64,000 nt of DNA from Camelus ferus (taxonomy: Eukaryota), in contig NC_045696.1 in the NCBI RefSeq assembly GCF_009834535.1, positions 42,038,001 through 42,102,000 of the forward strand, given 5' to 3'. Both the position numbers and the translations under genes were made by a program. Under the pieces are notes generated by a model that made no database searches, was not told the DNA's origin, and saw only the letters and a list, made by a program, of their open reading frames with translations. Every line of letters starts with the position of its first letter. Position 1 is the stretch's first letter. This document shows positions 10,021 through 22,125 of the stretch, piece by piece.

Positions 10021-11551
10021 CTTTTTCTGAAGTGAGTGTGTACATTCTCTTAATTCCAAATTCCCTCATAATTAAGTAATTGAACCAGTGCTTAGCAAGC
10101 ATGTGATTTTGTGTGTGTGTGTATTTGTGCAAAGCTGCCTGATAGATAATCTGAGTCATTCAAAGACATACAAGGCGTATTTCTTATCCTTCAGGTACAT
10201 AAGTGGGAGACATGGCATGCACCTTATTAGATGTCATAAAAAAAGGGGGAGAATTACAAAGATTGAGAAGAGGAAGACTATATATCTGAATGGGGAGAAC
10301 TAGGGAGACTTCAGGGTAGAGCATTTGAGCTATATCTTCAGAAGAGTTGATTTGAATGTTCATACAAGGGGAGAGGGAGGTGAATGAAACCAAAGGACGT
10401 AAACCAAGGCAATAGTAGCAAAAGTATTTTGGGAGAACCACAAGTGATACAGTGAAGCTTGGTTAGCATCTGGGTGACCAATAAGTTTCATCCTGTGTTC
10501 TACCTCTAACTGGTAATACCCTCATGAGTAGCATGTTGAGAAAGACCAAGCAGTCAAGGGGCTTGGCAGGAGAGAGTGCTGTAATTGATTAGCCATATCT
10601 GCCATACGGGTATGGGGTAATGCCTGATGGAATGTTCCTTAAAGAATGACCCCCACAGAAGCCAAGACTACAAGCTCATTGCTGCAAACTCAGTGCCCAG
10701 CACAATGCCTGGCATATAGTAGGAGTTTATAAAATGGATCGGTTAAATGAGTGAATAAATGTGTGCTAATCCTGGTTGGGATCATTGGTTTTGGAGGGAA
10801 GTGGTGTTTTGAGCTACAGATAGACTAGAAAGTACTAATGAGTTAATGACTATCATAGTTCTGAACTTAACTCAGCCATATAATTTAACAATGATATCAA
10901 TGATACGTTGATGCAGAATGGTATAGTTGTACTCTTTCTTAAAAAATCAGGCAGTCATTCTGTGCAAAGAATTCACTCTAGTACTGTAGTTTGGTGCTTC
11001 ACCAAGGAATTCCCTCAAGTGTCAGAGACCCTATCTTTCAGCTCTATTTGTTAATCAAATCAGTAGCATTTATTATCCTTTCTATTTTTGACTTAATCAG
11101 GAATGGAGAATTTCCTCAAACTCCTCTAACCTTTAATAAATGTCAACTTCTTAAACTCAGTACTGCTCACTTCCATTTTCTGATACTATCAGTTCTGTAT
11201 TGAATGTGACTCCAGGAAGAAAGCAACTTCAGCCACTGGCTAAGTTCTTGTTGGTCTCTCTGAGACCAGGCCTGGGTACAAACTTTTAGATTACTACTGG
11301 GTCTTTGGTTTTCCTGCTAGTGCCCTGAATTTGTCCTTGAGAGGTGGGGAGTGACTGTCTTTTTCTTTATCAGAGGCTCCACATCTCTCCCAGTATCTGA
11401 CACATAGTAGATGTTCAATGAATACATCTTACATTGAATTTAATTCTATGGTTTCCTTTTTAATTTATATTTTCTCAGTGTATATTATACTTCAATTTAT
11501 TAACATTGTATCATTCACATGGAATTTACAGTTTCATCCAGAAAGACTTTT

Positions 11552-11692
11552 TTTTAGAGACTTGTGATTTTATTTAATTTTACTTTATTTTGTTTTATTT
11601 TTATTGAAGTACAGTCAGTTACAAAGTTTCACTTTCTGGTGTGCAGCACAATGTCCCAGTCGTGCATATACATACATTTATTTGTTTTCATA
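11552..11692 (-). mobile_element. Very short 5'-truncated L1 3' end with 20-bp TSD
   Basis: TTTCATCCAGAAAGACTTTT at 11532-11551 and 11693-11712; body matches other L1 3' ends in window (e.g. 37750-37840). Confidence 0.85.
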
Positions 11693-12435
11693 TTTCATCC
11701 AGAAAGACTTTTATCTTCAGCTATACACCAAGTCTGGGTTCACTTAATTTTCTCAGCGCCCTCACTCCACCTTTGGAGTGGGCTATGATTTAATCCCTGC
11801 ATATACCAGAAACATTGCACAGGTGGCCCATTTCCAGGAGGACTATGTGGAGATTGCTCTCAAAGTGTGTCTAACTTCCTTATGGGTGTTTTTTGTCCTC
11901 CAACCCCATGTTCCCTGCTCTTCTGTGACACTATTCCCTTTTTTATCAGTGCAAGAGGATTTGGGGTGAGAGCAGCCAGACAGCTGGTCTAACTGCTAAG
12001 TGCCTTAGGTTCAAACTCTCAGGCTTTCATGGACATCAGCATCTTTTGTGAAGCTTGTTAATCATGCCAATGCCTTTGCCCCACTCCTAACATTCTGAAT
12101 CATTATCTTTGGGGTTTTTAGGGCTTCCGGCAGGTACCTGTGAAGATGATTCTAGTGCACAGTGTAGTCTACTTTAATTAAGGAATGCAGATTTCAGAGA
12201 GTAGCTGTGGCTGGTCGGTAGTAATGGAATGGGTTGCTGGAACCCACGGAGATGAGGCAGCAAACTGATGAGTGCCTGCTGTGTGCTAGACATGTTAGAT
12301 CTCGTGTTACAGAAACTAGCTTTGAAGGAGAGATCAGGAGTCACCTAAACTGTTTTTTTTTTGTTGTTGTTGTTGTTGTTGTTTTCTTTTTCTTTTAGAA
12401 AATACTTTGAGGTTATCTGATTCTTAATCCTCAGG

Positions 12436-12886
12436 TATATTAGTTTCCTAGGACGATGTAACAAATTACCACAAACTTGGTGGCTAAAAACAGAGAAATT
12501 TATCCTCTTACAGTTCTGGAGGCCGAGAGTTCTGAAATCGAGGTATGGCAGGACCACACTCCCTCCCAAGGCTGTAGGGAGAATCTTTCCTCATCCCTTC
12601 CAGTTTCTAGTAGCTCCATGTGTCCCCCTGGTGTGGCAGGGTAACTCCAATCTCTGCCTCCATCTTCCCATGGCCTTCTCCCCTCCCTTTTTTCTTCCTC
12701 TGTGTGTCTCTTATGGGTCACTTGTCATTGGATTTAGAGCCCACCCGGATAATACAGGATGACCTTATCTTGAGATTCTTAGTTACACGTGCAAAGACCC
12801 ATTTTTTTAATTGAGATCACATTCCCAAATTCTGAGGTTTAGCACTTGGATGTATCTTTTTCGGGGGGGCTATGATTTAACCCCTA
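12436..12886 (-). mobile_element. MaLR solo LTR (MLT1-type)
   Basis: tattagtttcctagg..gtaacaaattaccacaaacttggtggct...acagttctggaggc is the typical MLT1 terminus. Confidence 0.85.
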
Positions 12887-13479
12887 GGGAAGACAAGAAA
12901 TGTGTATCCCTCATAACTTTCTAATTATTCTTTCTCTAATCTCATTTTTCTTACCAATCCAAAAATTTCCAACCATTTGGCATATCCTTACAGAAACCTA
13001 ACAAGGTTTTCAAAGGCCCAGTATCGGTTATGGACTCAGATGCAAACACTGGTTCTGTTTCACAAAGCCGTCTTATTTAGCTTCCCCCATCTGTTTAATC
13101 TCGTCTTCCATGATACCCCAACAAGCGGTCAGGCGAGTCTCCTCACTGCTCAGCAGATGCCCTGTTTATTCCTGTCTCTAGCTGTGCTCTTGCCTATCCA
13201 AATTCTGGGTATCTGCTTGGGTGCCACTTCCTTTATGAGTCTTTTCCCAATTCATACTGACTTCTCTTTTGCCGGAACTCTTGGAATTTAAACTCAGTTC
13301 CTATAACATTAAATCTGATATTTTTATGGTATCCCAGTCTTAATTATTATAATCTGGAAAGTTGGCTCTGAATCACTGACTAGCAGCATTTGTTTTTAAA
13401 GACAACTTTAAATTTTTTGGGTGACTGATATCTCTAGGGATACAAGAAGGTCGCTGGTGATGGACAGATAAATCATCAC

Positions 13480-14064
13480 TGTGGTAGGAAGAACTCTAGA
13501 TGGACTGTGATCTCTGCCCCTGGTACTACTCCTATAATTGTGTTATGTTACATGGCAAAAGTCATTTTTCATTTGTAATTAAGGTTGGTAATCAGGTGTC
13601 CTTAAACTAGGGAGCCTATCCAGGTGCACCTGGTCTAATCACCCGAGCCCTTTTAAAGCACAGCGTTTTCTTTGGCTGGTCATCGAAGAGGAAGTTAGAT
13701 TCTAAGTCTGAGAAGGATTCAGTCCACAATTATTGGCTTTGAAGATGGAGGAAAGTGCTCATCAGCCAAGAAATCCAGGTACTTTCTAGTCACAAAGAAA
13801 ACGGGATCTCAGTTCTACGTGGCTGAAGAAGGGAGTTCTGCCAACAAGCTGAATGAGCTCGGAAGTGGATTCTTCCCCGTAGCCTTCAGGTAAAAGCTCA
13901 GCCCAGCTGACACTTGAGTTTATCCTTGCATGATACTCCATGCAGCGAATATAGCCAAGCCTAGCCACACTTCTGACATGCGGAACTGTGAGGTAATAAA
14001 TGGGTGGTAGTTTAAGCGTTTCAGTTTGTGGTAATTTGTTTTGCAGCCATAGAAAATTAATACA
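13480..14064 (+). mobile_element. MaLR solo LTR (MLT1-type)
   Basis: TGTGGTAG start; ends AATAAA...tttgtggtaatttgttttgcagccatagaaaattaataCA. Confidence 0.85.
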
Positions 14065-14116
14065 ATCGGTAACAAAGGATTTGAGCTTGTAGTGAAAATT
14101 TACACATTTCCTGCTA

Positions 14117-14517
14117 TTTTTTTTTTGGCTTCAGTTTTATTGAGGTATAATTGGCACACAGCACTATATAAGTTTAAGGTGTACAGCATAATGACTTGAC
14201 ATACATAAATTGCAAAATGATGATTACAGTAAATTTAGATAACATCCATCACCTTATATAGTTACAAAATTTTTTTGTTTTTCCGTAAGGTAAGGACTTT
14301 TGGATCTACTCTCAGCAAATTTCAAATATATCATACAGCAGTGTTAACTATAGTCGTCACATTGTCCATTACACCTTCAGGACTTACTTATCTCATAACT
14401 GGAAGTTTGTAACTTTTGACCACCTTCACCCAGTTCCCCCATCTCCCACCCCTCATCTCTGGTAACCACAAATCTGCTCTATTTTTCTATGAGTTTGGTT
14501 TTTTAGATTCCACATAT
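14117..14517 (-). mobile_element. L1 3' UTR fragment (L1MA-like), 3' half of U6-L1 chimera
   Basis: Poly-T at 14117-14126; L1 3' UTR motifs (ggtaaccacaaatctg, tagattccacatat). Confidence 0.85.
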
Positions 14518-14614
14518 AAAAATACGGAGTGTGTGTATTCATCCTTGTGCAGGGGCCATGAGAATCTTCTCTGTATTGTTCTGACTTTAGTATACGTGCT
14601 GCTGAAATGAGCAT
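14518..14614 (-). pseudogene. RNU6: U6 snRNA retro-pseudogene
   Basis: Reverse complement atgctcatttcagcagcacgtatactaaagtcagaacaatacagagaagattctcatggcccctgcacaaggatg...tattttt aligns to U6 including the ACAGAGA box; ~10-nt deletion near 3' end. Confidence 0.92.
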
Positions 14615-15289
14615 CCTATTCTTAAGTCTCCAAATCAGGAAGGGATGTTTTCCAGTAAACTGAGGTACTTAGTACACGTGGTCACTGCACAGGCTAGCAG
14701 CTCCCTTAGTTTAAGATACCTCTCTCTTGTCCATCAATTTCTCACTACAAATTGGAAAATTTCAGTGAAAAGAAAGTCTAGCTTCCTTATTGCCTATGTT
14801 TAAAAAAAAAAATCTACAAGAGGGCCCTTGAGCAGGAGAGGGTGATTAAAATGGCCTATTTGACCAGCAATACCATTGGTTCACCATATAGACTCTGACC
14901 GTTGACCTCTGCTATGAGACTGGGGCAGATCACTCTGCAGCAGCCAAGACTTCAGATGGAAGGACTTGTTTATAAAAGAAATATGTATGTACTCACTCAC
15001 TTCAGGAACTGGTCAACAAATAGTTGCTGAGGGTGCTTAGAAGGATGAGAACTGAATTTAGGGTTTCTTCCGCAGCCTAGAATTAGAGATGATGGGCAGG
15101 AGCTTTATTAGCTTAACAGGCTTCTGTTTCTCCAGTCACGCTCACATAACAAAAACGAATGGTTAGACATTCATTTGGGGTGCCTGTGTGTGATTCAAAA
15201 AGAACTTGTTCCCTATAAAATTTATTACTGAATGACTCATTACAGCATGATGATGAAAGTTAGTCTTCTAATTTACAGAGTTATGTATG

Positions 15290-16270
15290 TATTCTTTTAA
15301 AAGTCAACATTGTGAGGTATGATTTACATACAATAAAATGTATAAATTTTAAGTGTATAGTTCAGTAAGTGTATACACCCACATAACCATCATCATAATC
15401 AAGATATAGCACATTTCCTCACACGAGAAAGTTTCCTCATACACACCCACTGCTGTCAGCCCCTCCTTCCACCTGCTGCTCCAGGCAACCATTGATCTGA
15501 CTTCTATCAGTATAGATTGATTTTGCCTCTTTTTGCATTCCCTGCAAATGGAATCAGATAGTGTATGTATGTGTATATATATGTGTGTGTATATATATAT
15601 AGTGTGTGTGTGTTGAGTTCCTTTCACTTAGCATGTTTTTGTGATTCATCCGTATTATTGCACTTATTAGAAATTCATATTTTTATTGTTCAGTAGTATT
15701 TTATTGTAATAGTAACAATATTTATTAGCCTATTGGTAGATATTTGGGTTGTTCTAGTTTCTGGCTGTTATCAGTAAAGTGCTGTGAACAGCCTTTGTGT
15801 AGATATATGTTCTTATTTCATTTTGGTAAATGTCTAGGAGTGGAGTAGTTGGTTCATATGATAAGTGTATGTTTAATTTAAAAGAAATTGTCAAACTGTT
15901 TTCCAAAGTGGTTGTACCATTTTTCACTCTCAATAGCAAGAGAACCAACTATTCTCCATCTTCCTCAGTACTTGGTGTTGTCAGTCTTTTAAAAAGGTTG
16001 TGCAGTGGTACCTTATTGTAGCTTTAATTTATAACTCCCTGATACCTAATGAAGTTTAAGGTCTCTCCTCGTGCTTATTAGCCATGCATATACCTTCTTT
16101 GGTAAAGTGTCTATTCAAGTCTTCTGCCTGTTAAAAATAATTAGAGTGTTGGTATTATTCTTATTATTGAGTTATAAAAATTTTAAACTACATTATGAAT
16201 ATAAGCTCACAGTCATATAAATATATATTACAAAAACCTCTCCTAGTCCATGGCTTGCCTTTTTGTCATT
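15290..16270 (-). mobile_element. Old L1 (L1MB/ME-like) 3' end and ORF2 tail
   Basis: L1M 3' motifs; degenerate ORF2 peptide TTTLENSLTISFKLNIHLSYEPTTPLLDIY (15754-15948, -). Confidence 0.75.
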
Positions 16271-16538
16271 TCTTAAGAAAATCTATTTTGCCCTATTTCT
16301 CTTCTCCTTCAAGGTCTCTGATGACACACATTTTAGGCCATTTTCTACTGTCCTACAGGTCTCTAAGGATCTGTTTATCTTTCTTCAATCTATTTTCTCT
16401 CTATACATTAGCTTGGATAGTTGTTATAGATTTGCTTTCCTAGTTCAAGTTCATCCGTGACCTTTTTTCTCCCATCTCTGATCTACTGTGATTTTTTTGG
16501 TCATTGTACTTTTTCAGTTCTAAAATTTCCATTTAGCT

Positions 16539-19500
16539 CTTTTTTTTTTTTTTAATGGAAGTATAGTCGGTTTACAATGTTGTGTTAATTTCTGGTGTAC
16601 AGCATAGGGATTCAGTTTTATATGTATACATATACATATACATATGTTCCTTTTCATATTCTTTTCCATTATAGGCTATTATAAGGTATTGAATATAGTT
16701 CCTTGTGCCACACAGTAGGACGTTGTTGTTTATCCATTTTATGTATAGTAGTTAGTATCTGCAAATCCCCAACTCCCACCTTATTCCTCCACCAATACTC
16801 TCTTTCCCCCCAGTAACCATAAGTTTGTTTTCTATGTCTGTGAGTCTGTTTCTGTTTTGTAAATTAGTTCATTTGTGTCATTTTTTAAGATTCCTTATAT
16901 AAGTGATATCATATGGTATTTTTCTTTCTCTTTCTGGCTTACTTCACTTAGTATGACAATCTCCAGGTCCATCTATGTTGCTGCAAGTAACATTATTTTG
17001 TTCTTTCTTATGGCTGAGTAGTATTCAGTATACTGAGGAGTGTATATATATATATGCAACTTCTTTATCTAGTCACTGTTGATAGACATTTAGGTTGCTT
17101 CCATGTCCATGCTATAGTAAATAGTGCTGCTATGAACATTGGGGTGCGTGTATCTTTTCAACTTAGAGTTTCCTCTGAACATAGGCTCAGGAGTGGGATT
17201 GCTGGATCACATGGTAAATCTATTTTTAGTTTTGTAAGGAATCTCCTTACTGTCTTCCGTAATGGCTGCACCAAACTACGTTCCTACCAACAGTGTAGGA
17301 GGGTTCCCTTTTCTCCACACCCTCTCCAGCATTTATTGCTTGTGGACTTTTTTTTCCTTTTTCAGTTTTATTAGCTAGAATTAGTACACTTTGACTCCAC
17401 ATATACATTGTATTGCATGTAAATACATATATATAACGTGCTGCACATATTTTTTTTTAGTTTACATGTATGTACTGATCATTGTTTCTAAGAACAGATT
17501 AGAGCTTTAGCTTTTAAAACTTACATAATTATCAGAGGAATAAAGCCAACCAAAAAATAATAATCAACAGAATGCAGTAATCCAATTATAAAGGACAATC
17601 AAATGTGCTTACACATAATCAAGAAAAATGCCATGTGACATCACTTATATGTGGAATCTAAAAAAATAAAAAAATAAGGACACAAATGAACTACATATTA
17701 TTTATAACTTAGATGACTGATTTCTTGATTATGTTTGTGGCCTTTTAATGACACTCATTCTACCTGGTGTGAGGTGATACCTTATTGTAATTTTGACTTG
17801 TATTTCTCTGATAATTAGCAAGATCTAGCATTTTTCCATGTGCATATTGGCCATTTGTATGTCTTTGTTGGAAACATGTTTGTTTAGATCTTCTGCCCAT
17901 TTTTGCATTGGGTTGTTTTTTGTTGTTGTTGTTACTGAGTTGTATGAGCTATTTGTATATTTTGGAAATTAAGCCCTTGTCATTTGCATTGTTTGTAAAT
18001 ATTTTCTCCCATTCTGTAGGTAGTCTTTTTGTTTTGTTTATAGCTCCTTTGCTGTGCAAAAGCTTAAAAGTTTAATTAAATCCCGTTTGTATATTTTTGC
18101 TTTTATGTCTATTGCCTGTGTAGACTGCCCTAGGAGAACAGTGCTACAATTTATGTCAGATAATGTTTTGCTTATGTTTTCTTCTAGGAGGTTTATCATG
18201 TCTTTGAGCCATTTGAGTTTATTTTTGTGTATGTTGTGAGGGAGTGTTCTAATTTCACTGATTTGCGTGAGGCTGTCCAGCTTTCCTAACACCACTTGTT
18301 GAAGAGCCTGTCTTCTCTCCATTGTATACTTTTGCCTCCTTTGTTGAAGATTAATTGACCTTAGGTGTGTGGGTTTATTTCTGGGCTCTCTATTCTGTTC
18401 CATTGATCCATATGTCTGGTTTTGTGCCAATACCATACTGTTTTGATTATTGTAGCTCTGTAGTTTTGTCTGAAGTCTGGGAGGGTTATTTCTCCAATTT
18501 CATTCTTTTTTCTTCAGTATTGCTCTGGCAATTTTATGTCTTTTGTGATTCCATATAAATTTTAGGATTATTTGTCCTAGTTCTGTGAAAAATATCCTGG
18601 GTAATTTGATAAGGAACACATCAAATCTATAGATTGCTTTGGGTAGTACGTCCATTTTAACATTACTTCTAATCTAAGAGCATCAGATATCTTTCCCTTT
18701 CTTTAAATCACCTTTAACTTCCTTACTCAATGTTTTATAGTTCCCCACTTTAAAGTCTTTTACCTCCTTTGTTAGGTTTATTTCTATTTTTTTGATGCAA
18801 TTTTAAAAGGGATTGTTTAAAAAAAACTCTTTTTCTGATATTTCATTGTTAGTGTAAAGAAATACAACTGATTTCTGTATGTTAATCACGTATCCTGCTA
18901 CCTTGCTGAATTCAGTTATCAACTCTAGTAGTTTTTGTGTGGTGTATTTAGGGTTTTCTATATACAGTATCACATCATCCACATATAGTGACAATTTTAC
19001 CTCTTCTCTTCCAATTTGGATCCCTTTTATTTATTTTTCTTGTCTAATTGCTATAGCTAGGACTTCCAATACTATGTTGAATAGAAGTGGTGAGAGTGAA
19101 CATCCTTGTCTTATTTCAGGTTTTAGTAGGAAAACTTTCAACTTTTCACTGTTAAGTATTATGTTGGCTGTGGGTTTGTCTTAAGTAGCTTATATTATGT
19201 TGAGATGTTTCCTCTATATTCATTTTGGTAAGAGTTTTTTATATCATGAATTGATGTTGAATTTTATTAAATGCTTTTTTCTGCATCTATTGAGATGATC
19301 ATGTAATTTTTGTCCTTTCTTTTGTGTATGTGGTATATCACATTGATTTGCATATGTCGAACCATTCTTTTGTCCCTAGGATGAATCCAAATTGATAGTA
19401 GTGTATGATCTTTTTTATGTGTCCTTAATTCGGTTTGCTAATATTTTGTTGAGGAATTTTGCATCTATATTCATCAGAGATATTGGCCTATAATTTTCTT

Positions 19501-20085
19501 TTTTGTAGTGTCTTTTTCTGGTTTTGGTATCAGGGTGATGGTGGCTTCATAGAATGAGTTTGAGAGTGTTCCCTCCTCTTCAATCTTTTGGAAGAGTTTC
19601 AGAAGGATTGGTATAATTTCTTCTTTGTATGTTTGGTAGAATTCCCTAGTGAAGGCACCCAGTCCTGGACTTTTGTCGGTAGGGAGTTTATTTATTAATT
19701 AATTTATTTTTATTAATGATTCTATTTCACTTCTAGTGATTAGTCTCTTCAAATTATCTACTTCTCCTTGAGTCAGTTTGGTAACTATATGTCCATTTCT
19801 TCTCTGTTGTCCAATTGTTGACGTATAATTGTTCATAGTATTCTCTTGTGGTTCTTTGCATTTCTGTGGTATTTGTTGTAATTTCTCCTCTTTCATTTCT
19901 TATTTTGTTTATTTGAGTCCTCTCTCTTTTCTTCTTGGTGAGCCTGGCCAACTATTTGTCAATTTTGTTTACTCTTTCAAAAAACAGCTCTTGGTTTGAT
20001 TGATTTTTTTCTATTTTTCAATCTCAATTTTATTTATTTCTCCTGATCTCTATTATTTCTGCTAACTTTATGTTTTGTTTGTTTA
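16539..20085 (-). mobile_element. 5'-truncated L1 (~3.1 kb plus nested insertion), disrupted ORF2
   Basis: Poly-T head, L1 3' UTR, ORF2/RT peptides ([40 protein letters not shown]). Confidence 0.92.
17352..17734 (-). mobile_element. Nested non-LTR insertion with 5' inversion (twin-priming structure)
   Basis: TSD ttgtggactttt 17340-17351 / ttgtggcctttt 17735-17746; 17352-17625 is reverse of 20745-21012, 17627-17733 is forward. Confidence 0.85.
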
Positions 20086-20697
20086 AAAAACTTTCTTGAG
20101 GTGACACATCTAGTAAGTGATAGATATGGAAGGTCTATAAAAAGCCTTTGTCAGTTTCTGTTACTAGAAATCTTACATAGCATAAAGGATCTTAGCAAGA
20201 AACACAAAATATATTAATATGTAAGTGAGTAGGTGAGTTTCTGAGGATGTTTGTGAGCACATGTGAGCATGCAGCAGTGTGTATGGGTATGCGAGGTCTC
20301 CTAACTTAGGATCTTCCCAAACGTGGTTCTTTCCCTTGACTGCCCCTCTTCACCTTCAGTCAACTTACTCTTATCCTTTGGTGTTTAAATTCAATATCAC
20401 TACTTCAGGGATGCTTGTTACATGCTTTCATACTAAGTTCTTTTTTATTTCTTCCTATCACAATTCTAATTGGATTTACAGAAATGTTTATTTAATGGAT
20501 GTCTTTTCCACTGGACTGTAGGCTCCATGGGGCCTATTTCCCACCATGTATCCAACACACAGCACACTTGCTGGCATGGAGTATTGTTAAATTAATGAAT
20601 AAATATCCAAGAGTAAGTAAGTTTCCCTTTTCACACTGCTATAAACTAATTTATTCCTGAGAATTGTCCCAATTTTTTTTTGCTTTTCCCACCAATT

Positions 20698-21014
20698 AAA
20701 AAAAATACAATGAACTACTTACAATTTATAACTAAGATGATTGATTTCTTGGATATGTGTAAGCACATTTGACTCTCCTTTATGATTGGATTACCTCATC
20801 CTGTTGATTCTTATTTGTAGTTGGCTTTATTCCTTTGATAACTATGTAAGTTTAGAAAGCTAAGTTCTAGTCTGTTCTTAGAAACAATGATCAGTACATA
20901 TAGGTAAACTAAAAAAATGTGCAGTATACTGTATACATGTATTTACATGCAATATAATGTGTATGTGCAGTCGAACTATAATAATTCTACCTACTAAAAC
21001 TGAAAAAGAAAAAA
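20698..21014 (+). mobile_element. Second copy of L1-like element with atypical 3' tail
   Basis: Colinear with the reconstructed element at 17352-17734; ends in degenerate signal and A-rich tail (actaaaactgaaaaagaaaaaa). Confidence 0.8.
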
Positions 21015-21489
21015 TACATATAGTAAAATTAAAAAAAATTATGTATAGTAAAATTCATTTTTTTGATATACACATCTATGAGTTTTTACAAAAGTTAAGT
21101 ATTATGTTACTACCACAGTCAAGGTATAGAACAACATCATCAATTTCCACACGCAAAACTCCCTCTTGATTACCTTTTGTAGTCAAACTCTACTCCCAAC
21201 TCTTAACCTTTGGCAACCACCAAGAATTACTTATTTTACATTATCCTGGGCTCTTCGTTTCTTTTCCATTCTGCCTTGTCTAATTTCAGCTATCTTGCTG
21301 CTCAGTGGTACTCCTAAAATCAGAGAAATGAAATTGCATTTAGACGGCTTTGCCTTACCCATTTATGCCCTGCATGGAATCATTTAAGCAAATAACTGAC
21401 TACTTGGAAGAATAAGAAGAGGGACACTAGGCCAACATTTTTTTTTTTCTTTGTCAATGGCCTGTTATTTCTGCTTTCTAACATCTGCT

Positions 21490-22125
21490 TGCATCTCTAT
21501 TTCACTACCCTTGCCTTAATTCAGGTTTCATGATCTTTTCCAGATCATTGCAATGGCCTCCATATTAGTTACCATGCCTCTAATACTTCTTTGCTTGTAT
21601 TTAATCTCCACACATCCACCAGAGTGAACTTTTTAAGATTCTATGACTTAAGATTCTTCATTGGCGCCCTACTGAGCCTCAGCATCTTAGCATATCATTC
21701 ATGGCTCTTCATGGGGTCCCCTGCTGATTTCTGCAGAATCATCCTTACTGGGTCTTGTTCTTTGTACTCTATGATGCTCCAATTGTTCCACATTATTTGA
21801 CATTTTCCAAATGTTCCATAGGTTTTATGTCTTTATGCTTTTGTTCACATTGGCCTGAAAGCTGTTCCTCACTTCTTTTCAGTGAACACCTCCTCATTAT
21901 TGAAGACCTGACACAGGCTATCTTCTGCCTTCTTCCCAAAGACCACTTGACTATTCCCTCTTTTGTCCATAGAGTTACCTGTCCATCCACTTGTCATAAC
22001 ACCCATGATGCCTATTGCAAACCTATGCTCACATATCTGTCTCCCACTTCCTAGAAACAAAGCTCTTTGCCTGCCAGATAATAGGTGCTCAATACATATT
22101 TGCTGAATGCATCAATGAATAAAGT
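21490..22125 (+). mobile_element. L2 remnants
   Basis: L2 motifs (cagatcattgcaatggcctcc; ataataggtgctcaatacatatttgctgaatg). Confidence 0.6.

Noticed and set aside
14518..14614. Functional U6 gene
   Set aside because: Many substitutions, 3' deletion, fused to L1, no evident upstream Pol III promoter
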